The translations under genes and the position numbers were made by a program. Positions 40,862 to 52,839 of a DNA stretch of 64,000 bases are shown here, piece after piece; the first letter of the stretch is position 1; each line of letters begins with the position of its first letter. The notes beneath the pieces were generated by a model. The model was not told where the DNA came from, searched no databases, and saw only the letters and a program-made list of their open reading frames with translations. The stretch is from assembly GCA_964187785.1 (NCBI GenBank), contig OZ076409.1:26414001-26478000 (forward strand), in the 5' to 3' direction. The DNA comes from Amphiscolops sp. MND2022 (lineage: Eukaryota).

Positions 40862-41814
40862 ATGATTGTGTAAAGTGTAGAACAGGCATCAATTTTGTTC
40901 AACAGTACTCGACAGAACACAATTGATCCTACCAAAGTTTGCAATGCGCATTCAACTGTCATTGAAAATACCACAAGTAACGACAGTGCTGAAATTTGAT
41001 TGGTTGAAATGCTGAGATCTTCTGACCGCTAAGAAAAGGCATCGACTATTTTGTAGAAATGGCTTCAATTTACTTGAACTTTTTTCAAAATTGAGCGTGC
41101 GTCTGATTTATTTTACATTGACATTTCATTGTTTCAAATTCAGCTGCCTTCATTCATTAATTTCAAAAATTTAAACAAGCATCATCTCACTTTACTTCGC
41201 ACATCAACTTGTTTAACCTGTTGATCTGTTACTTCTCGGCTTTAGCTAACTAATCCTGTATTCTGTATCAATGTATTCTGTATGCTGTATCCTGTATCCT
41301 AACTAATAATGCCTGTATGCGATGGTAAGTTAAACAACTCTGCAATTTTGCTATATATGTATAGGGCTTTGTAAAAGATGACCTATCAAGCAATAGTCTA
41401 CGATGAAAAGATGGTACATCTTTTTACGATGAATTGAGTTATATATTACAAGGAAATATAGTGCAACGAACTGAGTTATGTCTATTTCACGCCTAGAGAT
41501 AATCAGAGTCTATTTACCAAATAGGCGTATAACTAACTAATCTGCCTTTTCAGCACAAATTTGCATGTAATTATTGCTTATCGCAAAAGCTTGGATCCTT
41601 CTATTTTTTCTGTTGTAACGAGAAACCTTGAATAATATAACAATTTTTCGACAATGTAAATAAACCCTTTTAACAGAATTTCTATTTTTTGGTTCAATCT
41701 TATTCAGTCTTGTATCTTTATATCCACAATTTTTATACTACAATTATTTCATGAAGTTTTGGATCTTTTCTGTTAGTTACAACCCCACCCACAGATTCAA
41801 TACCCCAATAACTG

Positions 41815-42610
41815 GCCAAAAAAGTTTTATACGGGAGAGCACAAAAATCGAAGCCAAAATAATGTTCCGTTGAAGCCTCCGGCATGTGTACATGTCAATT
41901 TTTGGAATCCTTTGATGAATTTAGAACCTCCCATTTCAGATTTAATAAAAAATTTTTCCCAGTGTTTCAGTTTTTCTCTATGACGTACATCAATATCTGG
42001 CCAAAAAAAAGCTTTTACGGAAAAGCACAAAAATCGAAGACAAAATAAAGTTCTGTGAAAGTCTCCTGCATGTGTGCATGTCAATTTTTTGAATCCCTAG
42101 ATGTATTTAGAACCTCCCATTTCAGATTTAATAAAAAATTTTCCCAGTGTTTCAGTTTTTCTCCATGACGTACATTAATAAGTGGCCAAAACAGTTTTTT
42201 ACGGAAAAGCACAAAAATCGAAGACAAAATAAAGTTCTGTGAAAGTCTCCTGCATGTGTGCATGTCAATTTTTTGAATCCCTAGATGTATTTAGAACCTC
42301 CCATTTCAGATTTAATAAAAAATTCTCCCAGTGTTTCAGTTTTTCTCTATGACGTACATCAATAAGTGGCCAAAACAGTTTTTTACGGAAAAGCACAAAA
42401 ATCGAAGACAAAATAAAGTTCTGTGAAAGTCTCCTGCATGTGTGCATGTCAATTTTTTGAATCCCTAGATGTATTTAGAACCTCCCATTTCAAATTAAAT
42501 TAAAAAACAAAAATCGAAGCCAAAATTTGTTCATTGAAACCTCCTGCATGTGTACTTGTCATTGTTTTGAACACCCAATCTGGTGTAATTTGGACCTCCC
42601 ATTTTGCATC
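41815..42610 (+). repeat. 184-bp tandem repeat (~4.5 units) upstream of the JmjC gene
   Basis: Period of 184 (e.g. ORFs at 42081 and 42265). Diverged inverted copies at ~44230-44560. Confidence 0.9.
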
Positions 42611-42748
42611 CAATAAATTTTTATTCTTTAGTTTTAGTCTCTTGTGGGGAAACAAATCCATTATTGGCAATTATTCAATTTTTTTTCAACGACTTCTTGA
42701 TGGGCCGCATGTGAGGTATTTTATGAATCGATTGTTGATGCTTTTAGA

Positions 42749-45700
42749 TTGTGGAGAGAGTTTCAAAAACGCCAAGACCCTGAAGCAGCACAGACGCCGG
42801 GGTAATGTGTCACATTGCGTTTTGAAAGCAGCTGAAGATTTGATAACGAAAAACAAATGGAAAACATGCATGTTTTGTGGCATGAAAGGCACTGCCAAGA
42901 GGGACAAAGATGGTGAAATGAAATTTTTCGAGTTTACCTGTCCCGCGGCAACTGCTCAGCATGCTTTAAACTACGACTGCAAATGGCAGCGAAAGCAAAT
43001 CGAAGATTCGAATCCACAGGCGATTATGAACAAGACGTACAAGGATTTTCAGGAAAGGGATTTCAAAGACCCAGACTCTTATGCTGATGAGTACTTGGCA
43101 GCAACTCGAGAAGTTGTCCAAGCGCTGACGCATGAAAAACAAGTTTTCAAATACACTCTAATGAGGAAAGAGGCATTCCTTCCTCTGAATGTGGACCACT
43201 ACAAAAAAGGACATAAAGCAGGTGCCAGCTGGGCTGACTATGGAAGCAACGTAGCCGCTCGGTCGTCCACGGGTAAAACGAATTATCAAATTACAAGAGA
43301 CTACACTGGCTCTCATTCTGTAAAGGAGCTGGATCCAACTCCACCGTTAGGAAGAATGTCTGGCACTCGTTAGTGTTGAATAAGTTTTTCAGTTCAATTC
43401 CCGACTGCATGTGAAATTAAATAGGACTTTCACTGCTTTTCTTGTTAGTAGTGTCTTCAGCGGCAACAACGACCACGAGAATGCCAAAGCCCGGAAGAAG
43501 GAGAGCAATATCTTGTTAGTACTTCGATGGTTATCTGATGTTCAACTTATTAAGATGTTCAATGCGTTTTTTACGTAATTGTTTTCAGGTTCGTTAACGA
43601 CCACGGGAACAACAACGCCTCGCAAAAGAAGAGCAACTTCTTGTTAGTAATTCGATGCTTCAGTGATGTGGTTTTGATTAGGTTTTAGATGCTTTTCTTG
43701 ACAATAGTGTTTTCAGCGCTGATAACGACCATGAGAATGCCGAAGCTTCGAAAGAGAAGAGCAACCTCTTGTTAGTATTTCGAAGTTTCACTGATGATGA
43801 TTTGATTAGTGTTTTCAACGTTTTGCTTGATTTATGTTTTTTCAGCCTCAAAAACAACAACGAAACTAACATCGCCCCAGAAGAGAAAGGCAACATTGTG
43901 TTAGTTTTTCGAAATTCGAAAGAAGTTGTATTGATTATGATTTAATGCTTTTCTTGAAAATGTTTTTAGCCCCGATAACGACAACAAGTATGACGACTAC
44001 AAAAATGACAAGAACGGCCGCGAATCCCAGCATATGCGGTCCCTTTGGGGAAGCTTCAACAAAAGATAATTGCGGTAAACCAAAACTTTTATTGCTAATG
44101 CTTTGAAAGAGTCTTTTGGGAAAACGTTTTCAAAAAACAAAAAAATGAAACTTCAAAAAATGTTGTAACAATAAGAGTACCAATGAATAGAACAACTCTA
44201 AGTTCAGTTAAGCAAAAAATAGCTTGATTACTTGCAGGAGACTTCAAATGATAATAAGTTTAGCTTGTCCGTTTTTTTTTAGATTTTACTGAACAATTAT
44301 TGGAATACGGCATGAAAGAGAAACAGAAAAACCTGAAATTTTTTTCCTTCAAATTGAATTGGGAGGTTCTAAATTCTTTTCCGGATTTGAAAAGAAGAGC
44401 TTGTTTATTTGCAAGAGACTTCAAATGAACATAAGATTGGTTTCAATTTTTGTGCTTGTTCGCTTTTTTTTAGTTTCCAGAACAAGTTTTGGCGTACAGC
44501 ATGAACAAAAATCGAGAAACCTTTTTACCTTTAATTTTGAATTTTTACATTTAGTTTGAAATGGGATTTATTATTCAGCTTCAAAATATTAGGGATATAA
44601 AATAAAGTTATTAGATTTGTTAGTTTTTTGAAGTCTTATTGATGTTGAATTGAATAAGATTTTTACTGCCTTTCTTAACAAAATTGTTTTCAGCCCCGCT
44701 AACGGCCACTAATCTTCTTCGTACTGCTTCTCCTCCTCCTACACCTGGTCCTTCTCGTATGGATTCTCCGCCTCCAACACCTGGTCCTTCTCGTATGGCG
44801 TCTCCTCCTCCTCCTCCTCCTCCTCCTACACCTGGTGCTTCTTCTTCTATGGCGTCTCCCCCTCCTACACCTGCTCCGTCTCGTTTGGACTCTCTTTTTC
44901 GTACACCTGGTCCTCCTCTTGCTCCGTCTTCTCGTCCTACACTCTTTCCTCCTCTACCTCCCCTCTTTCAGAAGGCTAAAGCAAGGAAGCGGAGTCCACG
45001 AAAATCCCTGACTCCAAAGAAACGTACGTATTATTTTTCCACTTTATATCCGGGGAAATGTACTAGGTATTTTAAATATTTCCTAAAATTTTTGTTTTGG
45101 AAATGATAGTCTGTGTTGACATTTGTTTTTGTGCTAAGGTGCCGTTCCTCCTACCGGCGGGCCCATTACTCCTGCAAAAAAGCGGAATCCAAGAAAATCG
45201 CCGACCCCGAGACGAACTCTTCCAACACAATCTTCTTGCAGCTATGATCGTACGTGGTTTTTTAAAAAATCTATAAACATTTAAGGACATTTTATAGGCA
45301 ATTATTTTTAAAAAATGTAAGCCTTTATTTTCCTAAACAACTGAATATTAAACATTGGCAATTGAAAAGTTGATTTCTTGTAGTGTCCTATCTTTTGATT
45401 TCGTGTGTTTTCAGCGATCAATTCAATTGACCCTGATGGCTACCCAACGTTTAGCGACGCCACAGAACTGCGCCAACTGGTGGAATGGTTGCCGATGGGC
45501 AAAGAGGGCATAGACTACTTGCAATACAAAGCCGAATTCTTTGATCAAAACTCAGCGCTTTTGAAAACGGCTCTAAAAGGAATTGTGAAGAAGCCGATGT
45601 TGATAGTTGATGCTCTCAGACTGAAGGGCTTCTCACACAAATTTGCAGCTGGAGACCTCAAACTTACCGATGAACGTTTATTCAGAGCAGTATTAGCGAA

Positions 45701-47089
45701 AGAAGATCCAAAAATGACAGTAAACTGCAGTTGGCTAAAGGGAGTAAGAAACTTTTGATTATTTTCTCAAATGAATGCTTAACCAACGTAGCGGTTGATT
45801 AGAAATCCTGAAAAATGACACATCTAAAGAAACTTGATACATTTATCATGTATAAATAGAGAAAAATGTATCAGTAATACACATTCTTCAAAGCACTTTG
45901 GCCTATAAGAAAACCTTATACACTTTAGACACTGAGCGTGAATTATCACTGTCAACAAGTTTCCAAGTCAATGTAGGATGAAATATCATCGGCAATAATT
46001 CTCCAGCCTTTTTTGTTAGAGTTATATTTCACTATTACATCTTTGTTAATTTTTCAGCACGAGTTCGAAATTGAGACCATGCCTCTGAAAACCTATTTCC
46101 TCAAGTTCGATCTCTCCAGACCAATGAACATCATTGATCTGAACGCAACAACAAGCAACAGTCTGCAGTTCGAGCCTGCGAACTTTGTGAAAGAAATCTC
46201 CTTGGGACACAAATTGCAAATGAGACTCCCAAGAGATAAGAGCAGCGTCTGGAAGCTAAACTACGTCATCCTCAGTCAAGCTGGGTGTTTCGCTGACTGG
46301 CACGTGGACTTCAGTGGAACCTCTGTGTTCTACGTCCTCCTTGCCGGAGAAAAAGAGTTCGTTTTTGTGAACGAGACCGGCAAGCTTGGTGAAGGACTGG
46401 CCAGCTTTCAGTCATCTAGGACAACGACATCCGTTAATAGGTTCTTCGGAGGCAGAAGAGATCTTCAGGCCTACAGAATCACTTTGAAAGCCGGACAGGG
46501 CGTTTTAATCCCAGCAGGAACGCTCCACTTCGTGTCCACAATAGCGAACAGTGTGGCTGTAGGGACAAACTTCTTGACTTTTCAGGAATACCGTTAGTAT
46601 CTCATGTTGGCAAAAGTTTGAATAAAATTTTGAAAAAGGTGGCTCCAAACTTATGATCATAAGACAGTATTGATTATTTTTCTTTTATTACTTAATGTTC
46701 AATGAATATTTAAAAAAGTTTTCTTTCCAGCTGCAGCACTCAATGAATTCATGAAGGAGAGGATCAGGAAGGTCAGATATTGCAAATGTTTTCCCCATTT
46801 TTGTCACCTGTCTGCTGCCATGGTATCTGAGTTTGTCCGTCGATGCAAACAAGCGAAATTTAACAAGCAAGCATCCCCACACCCCATTAACGAAGAAGGA
46901 GAAATATTTTGGCAAATTTGGACTATACATGAAGGCTATTCCTCAATGCTACCCAATTCCATGCGTAACGGGATCCGAAGATCGTTCCGTGCAAGTTTGA
47001 GTGAAGTCGCGAAATACAATACAGATATACCGCAGTACCCCAAACTCCCGGAGATAATCGAATACATGAACACCATGTGTGGCTTCTAA
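42749..47089 (+). CDS. JmjC histone-demethylase-like protein (KDM7/PHF8/KDM2-like) with Cys/His-rich N-terminus and basic/Pro-rich linker, ~860 aa; 5' end not determined
   Basis: In-phase exons ~42749-43368, 43461-43514, 43589-43642, 43717-43770, 43846-43899, 43970-44074, 44694-45023, 45139-45249, 45415-45719, 46058-46592, 46731-47089. JmjC motifs NYVILSQAGCFADWHVDFSGTSVFY..GEK..LIPAGTLHFVST..AVGTNFL (HxD..H intact), followed by FPHF. Confidence 0.9.
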
Positions 47090-47266
47090 ACCAGGGGTTT
47101 ATTTGAAAAAGAAGAAATAGTTCTTTGTTTTTGTTGAAACATATACCAGTAAGATTTAGATTTCATTAGAACTTGTTACTTTGCGACCTTTGCACAGGTT
47201 AATTCTGTTTGAAAACAATCTTTGTTTTTGTTGAAATTTGTACCAGTAAGATTTAAGGTTGAACTC

Positions 47267-48633
47267 CATCGACTTTTTTAAAAAGTATTCGAGACTAATA
47301 TGTGCATCGACTCTCTTAAACAGTAATCGAGACTAATATGTGCATCGACTTTCTTAACCACTATTCGAGACTAATGTGTCCATCGACTTTCTTAAACAGT
47401 CTTAAGATTAATGTGTGCATCGAGTTTCTTAAACAGTGTTGGAGACTAATGAGTGCATCGACTTTCTTAAACAGTATTAGGACTAATGTGTCCATCGACT
47501 TTCTTAAATAGTAATCGAGACTAATATGTGCATCGACTCTCCTAAACAGTAATCGAGACTAATGTGTGCATCGACTTTCTTAAACAGTATTGGAGACTAA
47601 TGAGTGCATCGACTTTCTTAAACAGTAGTAGGACTAATATGTGCATCGACTTTCTTAAACAGTAATCGAGACTAATGTGTGCATCGACTTTCTTAAACAG
47701 TATTGGAGACTAATGAGTGCATCGACTTTCTTAAACAGTAGTAGGACTAATATGTGCATCGACTTTCTTAAACAGTAATCGAGACTAATGTGTGCATCGA
47801 CTTTCTTAAACAGTATTGGAGACTAATGAGTGCATCGGCTTTCTTAACCACTATTCGAGACTAATGTGTCCATCGACTTTCTTAAACAGTCTTAAGATTA
47901 ATGTGTGCATCGAGTTTCTTAAACAGTGTTGGAGACTAATGAGTGCATCGACTTTCTTAAACAGTATTAGGACTAATGTGTCCATCGACTTTCTTAAATA
48001 GGAATCGAGACTAATATGTGCATCGACTCTCCTAAACAGTAATCGAGACTAATGTGTGCATCGACTTTCTTAAACAGTATTGGAGACTAATGAGTGCATC
48101 GACTTTCTTAAACAGTAGTAGGACTAATATGTGCATCGACTTTCTTAAACAGTATTGGAGACTAATGAGTGCATCGGCTTTCTTAACCACTATTCGAGAC
48201 TAATGTGTCCATCGACTTTCTTAAACAGTCTTAAGATTAATGTGTGCATCGAGTTTCTTAAACAGTGTTGGAGACTAATGAGTGCATCGACTTTCTTAAA
48301 CAGTATTAGGACTAATGTGTCCATCGACTTTCTTAAATAGGAATCGAGACTAATATGTGCATCGACTCTCCTAAACAGTAATCGAGACTAATGTGTGCAT
48401 CGACTTTCTTAAACAGTATTGGAGACTAATGAGTGCATCGACTTACTTAAACAGTAAGAGGACTAATATGTGCATCGACTTTCTTAAACAGTAATCGAGA
48501 CTAATGTGTGCATCGACTTTCTTAAACAGTATTAGGACTAATGTGTCCATCGACTTTCTTAAATAGTAATCGAGACTAATATGTGCATCGACTCTCCTAA
48601 ACAGTAATCGAGACTAATGTGTGCATCGACTTT
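47267..48633 (+). repeat. 39/40-bp tandem array B (same family and orientation as array A) with a 339-bp higher-order repeat
   Basis: About 34 units; identical ORFs at 47816 and 48155 show the 339-bp higher-order duplication. Confidence 0.95.
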
Positions 48634-48860
48634 GCCTCTGAAAACATATTTCCTGTGAGATTTCTTGTACCAGTAAGATTTAGATTTAATTAGAACTTGT
48701 TGCTTTGAGCCCTTTGCACCAGTCACTTCTGTTTGAAAACAATCTTTTGTGTGCAGATTTTTTTTCGATTATTTAAGACTAGGGTACATTATAGAAATAC
48801 AACGTCACAAAGGGAACAACATTTAAAACCAGCATTAATAACGAAATTAGGATGTAAAGT

Positions 48861-51800
48861 TCAAAACGATGACGTCTCATCTTTTTTTGTATGTCTTTTG
48901 CCAAATATCTTCTCGATGTCTTGTGTGAGGTTTGAGTAGTTTTGCTTCCGAAATTCTTTGATAAGGACAAACGGGCCTTTGGTAACTCCTTCAATTATTT
49001 CTTTGGCCTCGCATTGTCGTTTGAACAAGGGCTTCATGTCACGAATGGGCACTATTGGTATGTCATTTCCTGGTTTTATTTCATAGTTAGCTGGATCAAG
49101 CAAAGTACGTTTGTTCAAGCAATCAACAACAAACTTTACGTTCAAAAAAACAACTCCCGATTGTACATAACATCTTAACTTTAAAGCTCTTTCCTTTTTT
49201 TCGACAATTTTTTCACGTTTCTCCATTGGTCGGCCAACCCCTGGTTCTCCAGTTGCTATTCTAAGATCTGTTTCATTTTGTACTAAAACATAGCAAAACG
49301 GTAGATGGGAGTGCTTTTCAGTCAGTGTTTTCAGGGCATCTTGGGTCATTACCAGGCCGCCACATTCGAGAATCATCTTGTTCACTTGAACCTGCGTTAG
49401 GTTAGCTTTTCGAAAATCTCCAAATACGGTGAAACGTAGGCCTAGAAAAATCGAATCTTTCTCGCAAGGTGTATCGATTTGAATAGTCCTCGCTTTAATT
49501 GTTTTCCTACATATCCATAGGTAATCTATGTGGAAAGTTGGAATTGGCCGGAAGATACTGCGGAGCTGCATCATACACTCTTCAAAAGCGATTTGTTGCT
49601 TGCTGTGGATATAACATCGAAAAAACGACAAAACCAGATCTTGAAGCATGGGATCAACGTGAAGTAGTTTACCTCCCCCGCGCATTGTCTTTTGATGGTA
49701 GAATTGATGTGCTCGATGATTCGAGTGCTCCATTGCTTCGGTTAAGTGGTCCCAAGGTGACCGAATACAACCCGATTCGACCAATTTGGGAACAAGAAGG
49801 ATTTTCACTTTATATGGCGTAACTTCGCCAAAGAAAGCCATTGAGATATGATAATATGTCTCCGCCCAGAAATTGTATTCATCAATGAGTTTTTGAGGGA
49901 AACCGTTTTTCGAACCTCTGAGAATAATGTTCATATTGTTCAAGGATTGCCGCCATAGCTCTGCGGCATCGTACTTTGACATCAAATACCGTTTTGTTTT
50001 GTCTTCAAGTAATACTTCATGCTTGAAAAGTGTTTTGTGACACAGTTTAAGAGTTTCTAGGTTAGCCGGATGGCCCACTAAGTACTCGTTTTCTTTGAAG
50101 ACATTATCAAAAAGGTTGCTTTGTATTCCACTGTCGCTTCCAAATTCGTCCCGATGAGCAATCGCGAGCAGGGCTTCTTTTCCACTTAAAGACACAGAAT
50201 TGCAACTAGTTGGTCCGTTTTTGCTTGTATTGATATTAAATCTGAACCTGGGCTCCTTCACTCCTCTCTCGGTTAAATTGGATTCGAATAGGTTCAAAAC
50301 GGTGTAAATTGTTTTCCCGCGGGTCTCAATTAGTAGATTGCAAAACTTTTGCAAGTCATTCTCAACCATTCTTGTGATACCATGGCAAGTGTCAACGCAA
50401 ACTCTTCGGATGTCGTCAAGATAAACCAGGGAAGTTGACGGTAACACCTGCCAGGGTATATTCAGCGTTGTCCGTTTCTTCGTTTTGGGATCAACTGTCG
50501 TTGACAAAAAAGGTTGGAAAACTTTCTTTCCATCTTTAACGTCAAAACCAATTGACGACTTTTTGCCAACATAGATTGCGCATTTGGAGTCGTCTTCAAC
50601 GTTGTCACCATTAACCAATCGCATTACAAATGGCTGATCGCCGGACAACGTCAGTTTCACTTTGTAGTCCTCGACCAGCGTCTTTGTCTGCTGGTAAAGC
50701 CATCCACTCTTTTGAACTCCAACTTGTGTTGGGCCGAGGTTTTGTTCCATTGCAAATCTGCTATCATGACCTGCAAACATGTGCAAAACAGTCTCGTATC
50801 TGCATCTTTGGTACAAAAATATTTGATATAGCATGTTTTTGAAGAAAAGTTCTAGCGAATTGCTTATATTAATGCAAGTATTTACTTCTTTATTGAGGCT
50901 GGTAAACCAATGAGATTAATGTGAGAAAAGTTTCTTGATATTTTTTAAAAGATTTTCCGGGACAAAATTTGAGAAAGTTACAAACAGCTGATTTCGAGCT
51001 AATTCGGGACTTATTTCCGTTTTTCCAATTTTTTACCGTTTAATGCACAATTTCCTTCGCAAGTGTATGGTCAATTAACTCACATAATTCAAACGAATCT
51101 ATAGATCTTTTTCATATTCAAAATATATCAACAGTTTTCGAATCAGTTTAGTTGAATATAAAGCATCGACTGCGGTTCTACAGTTCGTTTGAAAAACAAA
51201 AAGGACTCGTTTAAAACAACAAATGTTGTTCACAACTGTATTCACATATGTAAAAACTTGAGATAGACAATAGATTTATCCACTACATTAAAAGCGCTTG
51301 AAAACATTCCATTATAGTTTGTTAATATTGCTACGCAACTCGTTTTCAGTTTAACATCTTTGCTTAGTTTAAACCATTGATTTTCTTGAACACTTTAGTT
51401 GAATAGAAAGTATTCATTTTTCCTAACAACGTTCAATCACTTTTGCACAAACCTTTGAAGGAAGCAAATGTGAAACATGCATCTGAAGATTGTGGACTGA
51501 TTTTCCCTTTTGTATCAAGAAATCGGAAAACCATTCTCGTACACTCCGAGTTCCCAATTTCAACCCCGTCACCCCAAAGATCAACTGCAACACCTTCTAA
51601 CGATTCAATTCCCGTCAGAAGGTAGTGAGAGGTTCTCACTAAGGTAATCAAATCGGCTCTAAAACCTGAGGTCTTCTCCGGTTGGAATATGTTGTAATAA
51701 AAGCAATGTAGAGGATTTGACAATTTGTTTAATGTTGTAACACTGGGAACTAACTGATCATTTCTTATGCCCTGTAAGTCAAATAAAGTCTTGAGATAAC

Positions 51801-52497
51801 CGACCAAATCAACAACATTACCAGTTTTCTTGATCAAATACAAATGCTCCATGAATTGATGGGTGTATCTCGAAGGGAACAGTGCTTTCATGATTTGTTT
51901 CAAATAATTAGGCCGTTGTACAAGTTTTTTTTCGGTAGCAATATAGGCTTTATTTTTCAAATGTTGAATCAAACTCCCAATTTCCAAATCTCGATTGTTC
52001 ATTTGATTCAACACATCACTCCAGAAATGATTGCTACTAGTACAAAAAGCGGGCTCGTGTAAATCCGAATTTTTTGCTATTGGTGGTTCTCGATTCTCCA
52101 GTTTCCGTAAGAATTTGCTAATTTCCGAGTTGTTTTCTACTGGCTTTCCGTCTGGAATGAATTCTGGGCCGAAGAAGTGTGCAACAAAGCGTCGGCGACG
52201 ATCTGTCCACGATAGGCCAGTGAATCCTTTAAAGACAAGCAAGAGTGCAATTTTGAATACCACAGCATTGTATTTTGCTCGTCTACCTGTCTCATTGCGC
52301 GTTGCACTGATGAAAACATCGGTGAATTGAACGTTTGTGCCATTCAAGAGACAAGTGATTGCTGGTTTCACTTTCCTTTGCTTGTCATTTATTGTTTCTT
52401 CTGCTAAGTAGTCGAATAACGATAAATCAACATACAGGCCTTCTGGCAAATTGATTAGGTGTTTTTTCAGAATTATCTCCTCATTGCAATAACTCAT
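48861..52497 (-). CDS. RAG1/Transib/Chapaev-like DDE transposase with C-terminal BRCT domain, 2 exons, ~984 aa
   Basis: Exons 52497-51453 and 50770-48861 join in phase 1 (FKG|HDSRF). Motif order DLWGDG, LSGDQPF, CVDTCHG, VTPY..LVP, TEAMEHSNH parallels RAG1 D600, D708, DALH, TNY..HVP and E962. C-terminal IFLGLRFTVFG..MILECGGLV..KFVVDCL..LLDPANY is the BRCT pattern. Confidence 0.8.
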
Positions 52498-52839
52498 TGT
52501 AATACCGGGACCGCTTTTAAGGAATAGGATTTCGAAATAAATGGGAAAACGTTTACCAAAATTAGCAACATTCACATTTGAGGCTTACTACATTCTTATA
52601 CGCTTATCCGCGTTAACGCTTTCATCGAAAAGAGAAACAGGTGCCGTAGATTTACATTTGGTGTCAACGGACTCACATTGCAACATCATCAAAAATCTGA
52701 GTCTAACACCAGAACTGAATTGAGGCAAATTATGACTTGCGAAGACGCAATTTAAAAGCATTCAGAAACCGTAAATTTCATTTTCCACTCTTCGCTTTAC
52801 CTCGAATCAAATTGGTCAATCAATTTTGAACAATCAACA

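Noticed and set aside
44700..44970. CCT microsatellite as a non-coding repeat
   Set aside because: It lies within an in-phase exon (44694-45023) encoding SPPPTPGPSRM repeats of the JmjC protein.
39917..48633. 39/40-bp arrays as CRISPR arrays
   Set aside because: Units are contiguous with no unique spacers, there are no cas genes, and the context is intron-containing eukaryotic DNA.
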